Shown here: piece by piece, positions 13,790-26,748 of the stretch
Numbering within the stretch: the stretch's first letter is position 1
How the letters are laid out: every line of letters starts with the position of its first letter
Origin: Lingula anatina
Lineage: Eukaryota > Animalia > Brachiopoda
Direction of reading: 5' to 3'
Length of the DNA stretch: 64,000 bases
NCBI GenBank assembly: GCA_051362555.1
Contig: CM120642.1
Location: 4,154,001-4,218,000 of the forward strand
The notes under the pieces: model-generated
Seen by the model: only the letters and a program-made list of their open reading frames with translations
Told to the model about the DNA's origin: nothing
The model's database searches: none
Position numbers and translations under genes: made by a program

Positions 13790-16700
13790 GTTTGGCTGTA
13801 GTGTTATTCAGAACATTGGAAAGGAAGTCCACCCAGGTATAGGTGAGCCTCGAATTTTTTTTTTTCGCATGTGAAGACGAGAAATACTCTCAAAATAATA
13901 TGTCCAAGAAATGACTACTTATCTTGGTCCCAAATGTGCCTATGAAATACGGCACAGGTGGTAAGTTATCATACTGAATGTCCCGATTTCAGCATACATG
14001 CATCGGATGGCCATTTTTAATACATTGTACATGTCACTAAAACCGGGTCATTCAATAGCTCAACATATGTTGACAATTTGTGTGTAGTTCTAAACAGGGG
14101 GTTGGTATAATTCCCGTGCCCCACCCAATAGTAAATAGTGCACAGGAACAACAACAGCTGAAAAAAACTTCATTTGTGATATCCTTTTTTGTAGATTATT
14201 GTTTTTCTACATCCATAAGCTTTACAAATGTCGTACATGCTACAGCGTACGTACCTTATCACCCTGTTACCTAGCCCTGTCTTCCACGACGGCGAACGAT
14301 GGTGCAGTATTCTCAGTGAGGCAACCTATGTACTGGCCTGGGCCTCTATCACCCACAAATGACCTCGTTGTTTGTAGGATTCAACAGCCAGTTCGTGTAT
14401 TGATTGTATCTTGTTGCATTTTATGCATGTTACGAAACAAAGAGAAAACGCCCCGACCGTATGTACTCCTAGTGCTGGTTGTAAGAAAAATTCCCTGTGT
14501 CTGTTTATGGACCGAAACTTAAAATTTCTATGATTCACGCAATTACTCTGCCATAATTTTCCCCACCGATAAAGATAGGCCATGCGCGAATTGATTATGA
14601 GAGGTGACCTAAAGAGTCAAATTGTTGTTGCTGTTGGGGCAAATGTGAATGGGTCGTCAAACAATGACAGGGTCAAAGTAGTGATGTGTAAACATTGAAC
14701 ATCAATATGGCGTCCGGGTTTTTTAGTAGCTAAAAACCAGGTGTCTATATGTAGCAATGGGAATTCCGCACAGACCAAAGGTGAAAATAGAAGTGGGGAT
14801 TTTTCCTGTTTCTTACATCTACGGTATTTAAGCGGGCGCATGAGCTTTTAACACCCTCAGATCGTGGTTGTGAATGCAGGGAAAGATCTCAGTGCATGTA
14901 AATGCGGTCAGAGCGACGTTCTTATTTCAACCAGTAAGTTACTCAATTTCTAAAATATTTGTTTTACGCGTTTTAAGACAGTTGCACTTGTGCGTGTGTA
15001 TGTTTTACATGTTTGAGCTTTGTGAAACTATAAAGAAGAGTCTTCGCGCCTTTGTCTTTCCTTTGGTTGTACAAAATGTATGTGACAGTCTAGATATATT
15101 TTTATAACATCACAATTGCAAACAATATATATTCCTATTTTGTTGGAGGTGGGATTGGTTACAGTGCACATGCTTGCTATTTGAATGCACTGTTTGTTTC
15201 GACGTAGATACATGTATAAACCGACCTGGTCAAAGCCTACATGACGTATTTATTTCAAATCTGCCGTTTACATGTAGACCTACAGGCACAGTACAAATAG
15301 AACTAGACCGGATCAAATGATCTTCTGGTTCTGAAATTTCAGAGATTTATATGAATATCTTTTATATTTCCTTAGCGGAACGTGAATGTTAGTATTTCCT
15401 TCAATCGATTTGGTACAGATGCATATATCAGTGTTCTTTTGAGGAAACAATACATGTAGGTCTATAGAAGATTCAGGAATTTTTAAGGGGAGGGGACACA
15501 AATAGATAAAAAAAACTCTGTACCTCTTAACATGCTTGATCCGCCATTGTACACGTAGCCTCTCGAGATTCGACATGACAAGCATCGTTAACGTTTTATC
15601 TACAAATATTTTAATCATAGATAAAAAAGGCTTTGCGTCTCATAAAGCATTGCACGTAGGCCTACATGTATCTAGGAGGGCATTGTTCAAAGCTGTGGGA
15701 CGAAAACCAAACAAATCATGATACTAACTTATTTAGAACATAAGGAGATCTCTCACTGAACGGCAAGCATTGAGTATCGGGGTGTTTCTATACATTAGGA
15801 TCGATTTCCTTATCAGATTAGAGTAAGCAATAATAAACACTGTCACGTTATGAGATAATGTTCACACATGGAACATACAGCGGGGTGAATTGGCTTATTC
15901 AAGCTGGTGAGGTACGGTGCATTTTTAAAACTGTTAAAACTGTCTTACAATGATGAATTTATGTTCAAAACATCTCACATCTTATTTTTCAAAGCTTTGA
16001 CTTTTTACTTTAAACTTATGTTTTTAGACTTTTTTCAAGATACTCAAGGTATTTGCAAAAGGTATTTCCAAATGTCACTCAAAATTTCTTAATAATTGAG
16101 AACTTTATTAGTCACTTTATTAGTCATGTTTTTAAAATAAAATATGTTGTTGACTGTATTACTTGATTGAAATCGTTTCCATCTTTATGTCTAATAGTTG
16201 GTCATTTGAACCTTCCAATTATTATTCGGCATCAAAAAATTAAAATAACCTCAAGGGCGGATCCAAGATCTTTCCAAAGGGGGGGGGGCGATTTTTTAAG
16301 AATGAGAGGCTTCGGGTACGAAGTCGACCTTCGGCCCTCTTGGGGTGTTTTGGAGAGCAAACGGTGCTTTTTGGAACGGTTAAAAACTATAAATCAGCTG
16401 GTCAAAATTCTAATTCCAAGAGGGCGCCATCAAACCTCCCCCCAATTTTATTTCTATTTGATTAAAATTAACCAATATACACATTACATTTTAAATGACT
16501 CAAATAATGACTAAATTTGCCGAACTGATTTTCTTCTCATGAAACACAAAGTATTTGCCTTGGTTGTTCCCAATGCTCACTGAGTACTTCTAAATAATAA
16601 TTACTTCATAATTCAAAAGAAAATCTTCTGCTGACTTGATAAAATTTTACTTGACGGAATTGCTTCCTTGTTTCTTGTTTATCTAGTTTATTTCTGTAAA

Positions 16701-19700
16701 ATTTACAGAACTGGTTTTGCAATTTTTTGTCTTGAACTTGGTTAGCAACTTCAAAGGTGTCACTAGAGAAGCTTGAACAAATGACGTGTATGAATGGTGT
16801 TATTTTGGTGTCCGACTACATTCTTCTAAAGTGAAACTAGCGGCTTGTTTTCATGACACACAATTACGGTATTTCCCATACTCATTGAGTATTTCCAAAT
16901 AATCATTTACATCATAAGTCCTCATCTGATATTTTGCTGACCCTAAAAAACTTTCCTTATCAAGACTATTCTATTAACTTTGGATACTAAGCACCTGGCT
17001 TGAACAATGGACAGAAACGATTAGGAGCAACGTTAGTCTATATTGATAATACCCATTCGTCAGGGATATAATTATTATTATTATTATCTTGATATATAAG
17101 GTATTGCTATTACCTTGAATGAATATAGTGAAATAATTAACCATAATGAGAGTAAAGAACCATGCATAATTAAGCGATTTATTCTGATGTTTTGATGCTG
17201 AATAATTACCTCAAAGTGCAAGTGACAAAAAAATTGATAATTGAAGCGACTTAAATTGACTGACTTCTTTTTTTGTGAAAATAAAAGTATTTTTTATCTG
17301 GGAAAGTGAAATGGGAAGAGTTTATTCCTGAATCGAATTGCGGAAATGATTTTAATTTTTTTCCCTGGAACAAATTCGTATTTTTACGGGGATAAACAGA
17401 AACACCACTTCATAATTTTAAATAAAAAACTTAGCAGTAAGGTAGTTCGAACATTTTGACGTGTTTAAATTACATTTTTACGTTTGGCTAGTGTACCTGA
17501 CTTGAAACAAGCGGCTTTTTTCATGACTCAAAAATAATCGATAACTTCATTAGTCATCATCTAAAAAGAGAATATTTTCTGACTGTATGAATTTTCTCAA
17601 TCATAGTTATGCTACTGACTTTGGACATAGCTTAAACATGTTAAACAAACTCAACATTTTTAAATGTTTTCAGTAACAGATAATGCGATTCCTACATCAA
17701 AAATATATTGTTTTTTTTGTAATTTATAAAGGGCTGCGTGCCTCTTAAGAGTTAAAACATTACCCCCCCCCCCCCAACAAAAAACTTACTATAGTCAAGG
17801 AGTTATAACTCCTTGCTATAGTCCTCGTCTACCTTTTTACGAAGCGAGAAAAATGGGTAAGGTCGTACTCCCTCTCCACAACAAAACGTTTATGTAAAAG
17901 GATACATGTGACACCACCGAGTTAACATACTTGGTTGTTAAACAAAAGTTCTAAGTTTCATGTTACCGTACCTATAAAAAAGAAAGATCTTACATGTATC
18001 ACCTTTCATTTTCTCATTGATTTCAACCAACGAAAGATGAAGCGATGTCATTTTAAAACTGAATTATCATGAATCACGCCTTGCACCTCTATCAATTATT
18101 GACTGCAATTGTATTGATATCTGGCTGGGGCCCCATGCATGGGTATACATTTGTTGGGAATGAGTCAGCTCTTTCAAAGTTTTATTAAGTTTTATTCCGA
18201 AAGAATACTTTCATTCCACATATTTCCCATGTGTGTTTAAGGGGCAAACACAGACGGCCATTGATTCACACGCTTTAACTTTGACGTGACTGCCTCTTTT
18301 GATAGGGGTCAATCAGCTCTTACTTTAATCCCGATGATGTCTGCCTAAATAACTAGCCCCTTTTAAATGCATTATATATAGACAGTGCCTATACAATGTA
18401 TAAAACAATATAATGCAACGTGCAGAGTTTAGCTACCAACGGATATGGTCAGCATGGGATGAATTCAGAGTCTTTTTCGCCCGTCACATTTGAAGGCAAA
18501 GTCGGTGACATCTGGTAGTTAATAGTTTTAGTAACTCTGCACCACAGTATTTGAGGCCGTGCCCTATTGTCAAAATCTGCTGAACATTTCCACTCTTTAC
18601 GTATAGCTAATGCGGATTTCCATTTTTTTTTGCAAGTGTTAATTGTGCTAGATTTTACAAAAGAAAATCCCCGCCTTCCTGCAATTATGACAGTCACGTA
18701 TTCTTTATTTTGTCTAATAAGGGGTCACCTAAGTTCTTAACTACATACAGGTACATGTACTGTATAGGGAACTTTGATACATGTATATCTTTTTGGCACG
18801 TTTTTCAGGCCCATCTATTCTAGGGAAGTGCCATAACATTGTAGAGTGTTCATCAAAAGTGAAACTAACAAGTACTTTTGAGGCTTCACGAGATTAGAAG
18901 AGAACACACCCACCTGAGATAAGATGGCACACAGCAAACCACAGGTAAATAACCCATCAGATAACTGTATTTCAATCATGATTTCACTTAATGATTATAC
19001 TTGCAGTGGGATATCGACTCAGTATGAATTGACTACCGTGGAATATTAAGTTCTTCTCTGTTTTTATCCTTTTAACTGGTTTATTATGCAGTAAATGTAC
19101 ACATATGTAAACCTATTAGAGAAAAAAAAACGCACTGGATATTTTAAAACGCGGTACTCTTTCAGAGTGTTAGCATGTCACTAAAAAGAAAACTATGTTG
19201 AGGATGCATAAACTGTTTTAAAAGAAAACCATGTACACGGTATGATAAGGTCCAAGAATTACTATGGTGTATTGTTTGAATATTATAAGTAAGGTAGGGG
19301 TGAAAATACCATGGGTAGGATATATAAACAACCTGTTTACCATTTTTTTCACATTACACTGGATGTTACTTTATTTGCTGGGATTTAGAAAACTAAGAAT
19401 CTATGACATAACATGCATGTTAATGTAGATAGATAGATAGATGGATCATTTATTTTAAAGTGAGCAGAAAGTATAGAGTGTTTTTACATGCTTAGATTAT
19501 ATACCCACTATATTTATACAATCAACAAAAACAAATTCATATTATACTCCACTTGGTCGAGTCAATATGGCCGTAATAAAACGATAACATAATTATTATT
19601 AATTAACATCAGGACAATAAACAGTTTACAGGTACATGGCACATGCAGTGCTTGTCTTCAAAATGATTATACCTTTATCACTAGCCATGCAAAACGTTTT

Positions 19701-20581
19701 GCACATATATGATGTACAGTTTACAAGTGCACATATAGCTCAGTCTTAGAGTAACACACGATAGAGATCGTAAGTTTTCTTAGGTGCAGCTCAAGAAAGA
19801 ATAGAAAAGGAAAAGTTTAAGCGTACAACATAATTGATCGTTTTGAATAATTATTTTGCTTTGATATTTTAGAAATAAATACAACTGCTCTAGGGTCACG
19901 AGATACGGTATTTAATCTTTAAATTCCAACTAAACAAGTTAATAAATGATCACAAGACAGTGCTTCATATGTAAAAAAATGAAAATATTTGTTTAAAATT
20001 ATTTATAGGAAGCTGGTTTCGAGTCAAAAAGCAAATCTTTACAGAGAACTAAAAATAACCAAACTTAATTGAAAAATTAATTTGGTGAGTAAGTAAAATG
20101 TTTAGAAAATTTCTGTAATTGCCATTATTCCTTAGTTTGAGATCAGCACGTCCATGTCCGAATGAATGTAAGAATAAAAACGACATAAATAAAAGAAACA
20201 ATTAACCAACTACTGTCCGTCAATCAGTCAAACTATAGCCGAATACTTGTCTGTTAGCTTCCTTTTGTCGGTGATGAATTTAAGTGATGCTAGAAGTCTA
20301 TTGACGTCGAAGTATATCGATCATTACATGTTGATTCAATATTTTAATAGCAAAATGTAAAAACGGTGGCGAACAAACAAGGAGATGGTGATTCGAGCTT
20401 CGTCGCAATTACTAATATATTTAAAGCTTGTTTACATCACATTACTGCGTTGTTTTGGGGATTTCGGGGATTCAATCCAATAAATGATCTGTAAGAGACC
20501 ATTGACAACCCGTCTTTTATTTGTTGAAATCTTGCAAATAAAAGATCCGGCATCCGCTCTGTTCTGTAGGCACGTTTCGTT

Positions 20582-23500
20582 ATGGACAAACCTCTGCCCT
20601 TGATCACAGCATGTGGTGATGGACGCAAGTTTACCATCAACGAAGAAGCTAAAAAGTGCCTGCTGAACATAGACAAACCAATGTCCGTAGTAGCCATCGT
20701 CGGCAAATACCGCACGGGCAAGTCGTATCTGATGAACAGGCTTTACGGCAAGAACTCTGGGTTCGACCTGGGCAGCACGGTCCAGTCTAAAACCAAGGGG
20801 ATCTGGATCTGGGCCAGACCTCACCCCAGGGATAGCAACAGGTACCTGTTGCTGATTGACACCGAGGGCCTCTATGACGTGGAAAAGGGGGACTCGACCT
20901 ACGACACTCAACTTTTCACTTTGGCTGTTCTCCTTTGCAACTGCTTCGTCTACAACAGTCAAGGAACTATAGATGACGATGCCATAAGAAAACTACAGTA
21001 TCCTTTAATACATGTATAAAAATGATATGAAACAGCTAAGAAAAAAGCGTGCTTGATTGTGTATACTGGGCTCATGTATTGGCCTCTGGCTTATGGGCTT
21101 ATGTATAATTCGTGTAAACAAATATGATAATAAAAGTTTTTTCCTTGAATATCTTAAAAATCAGCTTAGTGGCAGAATTGACAGAGCATATTAAAGTCCA
21201 AGCCGGCAACAAGGAGGAGACAGGAGAATCATTCAGCAAGTACTTTCCACAATTCATATGGGTTGTACGTGACTTCGCCCTTCAGCTTGAAATCGACGGA
21301 AGAGCATGCACCTCTGGCGAATACCTTGAGCACGCCTTGCAGCTGAAAAAGGGCAAGAGCAGAGCCGTTGTTGACTTCAACGTCCCTAGGGAGTGCATCC
21401 GGACGTTTTTCCCCCAAAGAAAGTGCTTCGTTCTCCAGAAACCAGTCGAAGATGAGGCGTTGCTCCATCGCTTGGACCAAGCCAAAGATAGCGATATTAG
21501 GCCAGGGTTTCTGAGAGAGGCTCAGAGGTTTTGTGAGGCGGTCTGGACTGGCGTGGATGGTTTTACAGTACAGGGGAATACAATAAACGGCAGAAGTAAG
21601 TTCCTCGTTGATGATTTTGGTAAAAGAGTCTAGCTGTTGGCCTAATGTTATTGATTTAGTATACGTGTGATAAAATGTGTTAATGTTAAATGACATTTAA
21701 CTTTGTTAAATTACAGGTTTCATACATGATAAATGATAAGTCAGGCCTTATATGTGAAAGAACATCTTAAATTCCTGTTCTCGAATTGCAATATGAAATG
21801 TCTAAACTACATAAATATATGTCTAGATCTATAGTACTTCGACAGATGCCTTATAACCTAATTACTTGGTTTTGATTTAGTCATACTGTTTTTCTCCTTT
21901 CAAAAGGGTACCTGGCCTTGGCAGAAACGTACGTGAAAGCCATCAACGATGGTGCTGTGCCATGTATTGGTACCGCAGTGGAGACCATGATGCAGGTGGA
22001 GTGTCAGAGGGCATTGGAGGAGAGCGTGAAACACTACAGAAAAACAATGGAGAAGACCACTGTACCGAACATGCCTCTTTTTCTGCATGAGTTATCAAGC
22101 CTTCATGAGCAGGCCAATGAGGAAGCCCTCCGTGTTTACAAGGGTATAGCTGTATTTGACGCTGAGGGGATTTTTCAAACGAAATTACAAGTAAGTTATT
22201 TCAGTAAAAAGTTAACACTATAAACAATGTCAAATATATATTTTGGGGTGTTGAACCTCATGAAAGAAATCAGGCAAAACCCACATAAAAGTGGCGGAGG
22301 TTAACAACCATTTACACTACTGCTTAATTGTTCAAATGAGTCTCCTTTGTTGTGTCCTGTTTTTGCAAACTAAAATGGTGAGATTGCATGTAAGTGGAAT
22401 GAGTAGAAACATGTGCTTGTGTTTTATAGGAACAACTGCTGTCTATCTATGACGAGTTTGTGCAGAAAAACAAAGAAGCTTCAAGAAAAAAGTGCAAATC
22501 TATTCTGCAAAACGCGTATGCCGATATTGCCAGCAATATCCAGGCTGGTCACTATGCAGTCAAAGGGGGGTACGGGAAGTACCAAGCAGATTATCAGAAG
22601 GTAAAAGAGGTATACGCCAACACAGAGAGGAAGGGTCCATGCGCTGACGAGGAACTGGCACAGTTCAATGAAGCCAAGAGAAATGAGGGGAAGGCGATTT
22701 TGACTGCTGATAAGGTAGAAATTGATTAACATCTAAATATGTTAAATTCGTTGTCTTTTTCAATGAATTATCTAACTGGGGAAATTTTTGTGCATTGGTG
22801 GTACTTTTAAGTAAACCCGAGTTCTTTTCACTCTCAGGCGATGTCACAAAAAGAGAAAGACCTTGCAGAGGCCAGAGAAAAGCAACAACAAGAGGCATTG
22901 AGGGCTAAATCCCTGGAAGAGCAACAGGTGCAGCTACGACAACAACTTGTAGACAAGGAGAAGAGCAACCTCGCCATGATGCAAAAAGTCCAAGCCGAAT
23001 TTGATGAGAAAATCCGGGTCACTCAGGAGCGCCATGAGGAGGACATGCGGACTAAGGAAGAAGAACACCAGCGCCTCCTACAGGAGGGCCTCCACACTCA
23101 GGCAGAGCAGCACAAGGAAATGCTGGATGAGATGAGACAGAACCAGAGGGAGCTTCAGGAACAATATCAACAGCAGGTTGCCAAGATGAAAGAAGATATG
23201 TTGCGTCAAGAGAACCTTATTAAAGAAATCAAGGAAAACCCACCTAAAAGTGGCGGAGGTAAACATAACTATTTACACTAATGCTTAATTAATTGTTATA
23301 ATGAACAAGTGTAACTGTAAAGTAACCTCACTTGAATAAAATAGTAAGAGATGTGTCTTGCTGTACTGAATCAGATGGGTTCTTTCAAATTATTTATTTT
23401 ATTTTTGTTATTATAATAGACAATTGGTCGAAACTTTGTTTTTCAGGTACTGTCCGTTCTATTGGAGAAGTTGTCGGACAGCTAGCAAGTCTTTTTATTT

Positions 23501-23680
23501 TTAAGAAATTTTTTTGATCACTAAAGTACACTTTCCCGTAACTGACCCAGCAACAGCAGTAAAAACGGATGCTAATTTTATATTGCAGGCATTGGGGGAT
23601 TTTTAGGCGAATTACTTGGAGGAGTTGTGTCAGGATTTTTTGAAGGAATTGGAGGAGGCCTCTTAAAGAAAATTTTTTGA
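20582..23680 (+). CDS. GBP: GBP paralog C (~635 or ~642 aa) with two candidate alternative terminal exons and no CaaX
   Basis: Exons 20582-20997, 21165-21595, 21907-22190, 22430-22714 and 22838-23258, then 23447-23517 (GTVRSIGEVVGQLASLFIFKKFF*) or 23589-23680 (GIGGFLGELLGGVVSGFFEGIGGGLLKKIF*). Both are in frame. Close inverted paralog of GBP-A. Confidence 0.88.
20998..21164 (+). other. U12-type GT-AG intron in GBP-C
   Basis: GTATCCTTT donor; TTCCTTGAAT branch (21141-21150); TCAG acceptor; splicing gives KLH-LVAELTEH. Confidence 0.88.
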
Positions 23681-25231
23681 ATTCCTAACAAGGCGGAACA
23701 TACATTAAACTGCTTGTGATGATTCAGATAACACTTTGCAATATATTACAAGTCTCTATTGACTGTTAACTTTCTGTATGTTATTCCCCAATGTCAACTT
23801 AACTTTTTAGTTAAAAAATGGAGATTGCGTCGTGAAGTCTCTCTCTCTCTCTCTTTCAGTGTGTACAAATCAAATAGCAATAAATGCTTAATACTCTAAA
23901 GCTCACTTTCAAATTAACCGTAAGTATTATTTCTAAGTGGAAATCTATTAATGCCGCTTACATGTATTTTAACATCGCTAAATATTCGTGTAAGTGTAAA
24001 CTTACATTTAATGTATTGTATTTGCATTAAGCACATTTGTGTGCTTGAATTGTACATGTATTCAACATCGCTACAGTCATACAAATAACTTCATACTGTA
24101 CATGCAACGAAATATGTTTTGAAAATAGATGTGTTATATTCAAGAGAGTTTTATTTTGTTTTATTGATAATTTGGTCAAGGCAAAGCAGGTCCGTTATTT
24201 TTTCATTGGTGTTGCTTATGTTCGTATGCACTGAAAATATGTGTAAATATCATTATTGCTTAGGGACAACGAAAGTAGGCCCGGTAATATTCCCCTCACT
24301 TTCATCCGCGCATTATATTTGAGAAAATTAGTAGAGTGATACAGAATAGTCAAAAATCTTCTAGTATATCAAATACGTGCAATGAACCATATGAAACAAC
24401 ACTATATGCAAAGTAAAGGGTATGAAAACAAACGCAAACGATAACCAACTAACGCAAAGCCTGTCATGATTTTATTTTCATGAAATTGAGTTTATATTTT
24501 ACGCACTCAGGTTACTTGTCGGAAAAAAACTTATTGTTTGCTTTAGTAAGTAAGTACGTTTATTAAGACATGGTAACCAAAAGGTTGAAGTTAAACATAA
24601 AATGGAGTGAGAATAAAATTAACAAATTTATAAATTAAAATAATGATAATATAATATAGGATATGCGAATAGAACTAAATGAGAATAAAAAACTTAAAAT
24701 CTAAAATTCAATAAATAATCATAATTATTTTTTGCAGGGGCATCTGAAAGTTTGTGTAAAAGAGGATGGAGTAATGAAAAATAAATACAATAAAGGCTAA
24801 AATGACTTTCAAAAGTAAAACTCAGACCACTAATGGTTTAATAAAGAGAAAGCAATAAATGTGTTTTTAAACAGTGTTATTTCGTTTGCTAACACATAAC
24901 CGAATGGCAAGTAGCAGCTGACATTAAAAGTTTAAAAGGGTGTTTATTTTACTAACCGAATAACGTATACATGGCACTCGATCTGTGTTACCTTGTGATT
25001 TTGCACAGCAATATCAAAGGCAACGCCCTCTGAACCAGCGGTGACTAGCCATGTTTTACCAGTGCTTACGTCTAACAGGCATCCAACTTTCTTCAATGTC
25101 CGAGAACGTTAATCATTTTCCTTTATAATAATTTAAATTGCCACGTTTATCAGGGCTTTGATAACTGCTTCCAGAAAATTATTCGATGGCATAAGGAACA
25201 GGTTCACAGTTAATGAACAAACTGGGATATA

Positions 25232-26591
25232 CACACACTGGACAATAGAAGTGTCACCCCCTAACTCAGAGTAATAAAAGTAGTCAGATCTTGGGTAGTA
25301 ATAATGCCTGGTCTACTTATAATGTGACTAATGAGTATAAAGCAGCTATACCATGGAATTGTATTGTTGGTCTGGCACATGTACAGCAAATGTTATTCCT
25401 GTCTTCCTCCAATATGGCAAGATACAGGCAATTATCTAACGGTTATAGGTGCACGTTATTAACCTGAAGAAGTGGAATATAAGCAATTTTAGAATAGCGA
25501 TACAATTGAATTGTTCAGTCAGAACCGTGCAGAGGGTCTGGTCTCGGTATGGCTCTGATGTGTCGTCCAAGAAAAACTACTGGCCGTGATGACCGACGAG
25601 TGATTTTGATGTCCAGGTTGCCACAGTTCGACACTGCTTGTCAGTTGACAACACAGTGGAACAATTTCACACATAAGAATGGATCTGTGAAAATTGCTAG
25701 GTGTCGGTTACATGCTCCTGGATTGTACAGCAGGGTAGCAAGACTGAACCCTCTTATATCGTTACAAAATTGGCAAAGTAGAGTGAACTAGGGTCAACAG
25801 GATCTGAAACTGGACAGTCCATGACAATTGGTCCTATATATTTTTTCTGATGAGTGTCGCTTTGGTCTGACCTCTGATGACAGACGGGTGCGATGCTGGC
25901 GAACTGCTGGTAAAGCATTTGAACCACATCCACTGAATTTGCGAACCAGGAGCAGCATATTCATCATGGTGTGGGGCTGCATCAGCATCCATAGGGTGGG
26001 CGAATTGATAGTGGTTGATGGAAACATGAATCACTAGAAATATATCGATGTTTTTGAGTCAGGCTTGCTACCATCTATTACTAACATTATGGGTAACAGG
26101 AATTATCCATTTGTTCACCACGATGACAATGCTCCTTGTCACAGGCCCAGAGCAGTTGATGATTGGTTTGATCAACAGGACATTCGCAGGGTGATGTGGC
26201 CTGCCCAGTGTCCGGATGCAAAAATAATAGCAAATGTGTGGAATGATATGTCAAAACTTTTGACAAATGCCCGTCCAACCAGCAGAGAAACCCTATTATA
26301 TTCAGTGTTTCATATTTGGGCCAGCATAAGCCCTGAACGCATCAGACAATTATATGAATCCTTGCCTCGTAGACTGGCACCTATTATTATGTCACGTGGC
26401 TATGCCACTAAGTACTAATTTTAGACATGAAACTGCATATTTTGGTAAAATGTTAATTTTGTTCTCATTTTGTGATTTTTTGTGAAATTTGATGTTAATA
26501 AAATGATACCAGGAGCATATCATTCCACAGTCATTTATCTCCTTCATAGTATTGGTTCAGTAGGGGTGGCACTTCTATTGTCCAGTGTGTG
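25232..26591 (+). mobile_element. Tc1/mariner element, defective DD34E-type transposase
   Basis: TA target duplications; TIRs CACACACTGGACAATAGAAGTG(T/C)CACCCC; motifs FSDECRF, MVWGCI, HDDNAPCH, WPAQCPD and GYATKY; in-frame stops. Lies ~160 bp upstream of the GBP-D ATG. Confidence 0.92.
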
Positions 26592-26748
26592 TACATCTGA
26601 TTCCGACATACATAGATGTATGTTCAGCTATACATGTGCAGCATGTATAAATGAAAAAACTACACTCATTATGTCAGCAAGCTTAGGGATGTTCATACTT
26701 TGATTCAAGAGTTTATGACTTTAAATTCTTTATTAGGAACCCGGGTTT

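Noticed and set aside
14080-15720. Cluster of short ORFs in the GBP-B/C intergenic region
   Set aside because: No motifs, coherent exon chain or coding bias visible; may be decayed repeat.
20432-20962. 176-aa antisense ORF (also 3893-4201, 8570-9163, 21229-21696)
   Set aside because: Shadow ORFs of GBP exons.
23860-23891. Possible CaaX exon for GBP-C after the (CT)n TTTCAG acceptor
   Set aside because: The phase-1 reading gives VCTNQIAINA*, which is not a CaaX.
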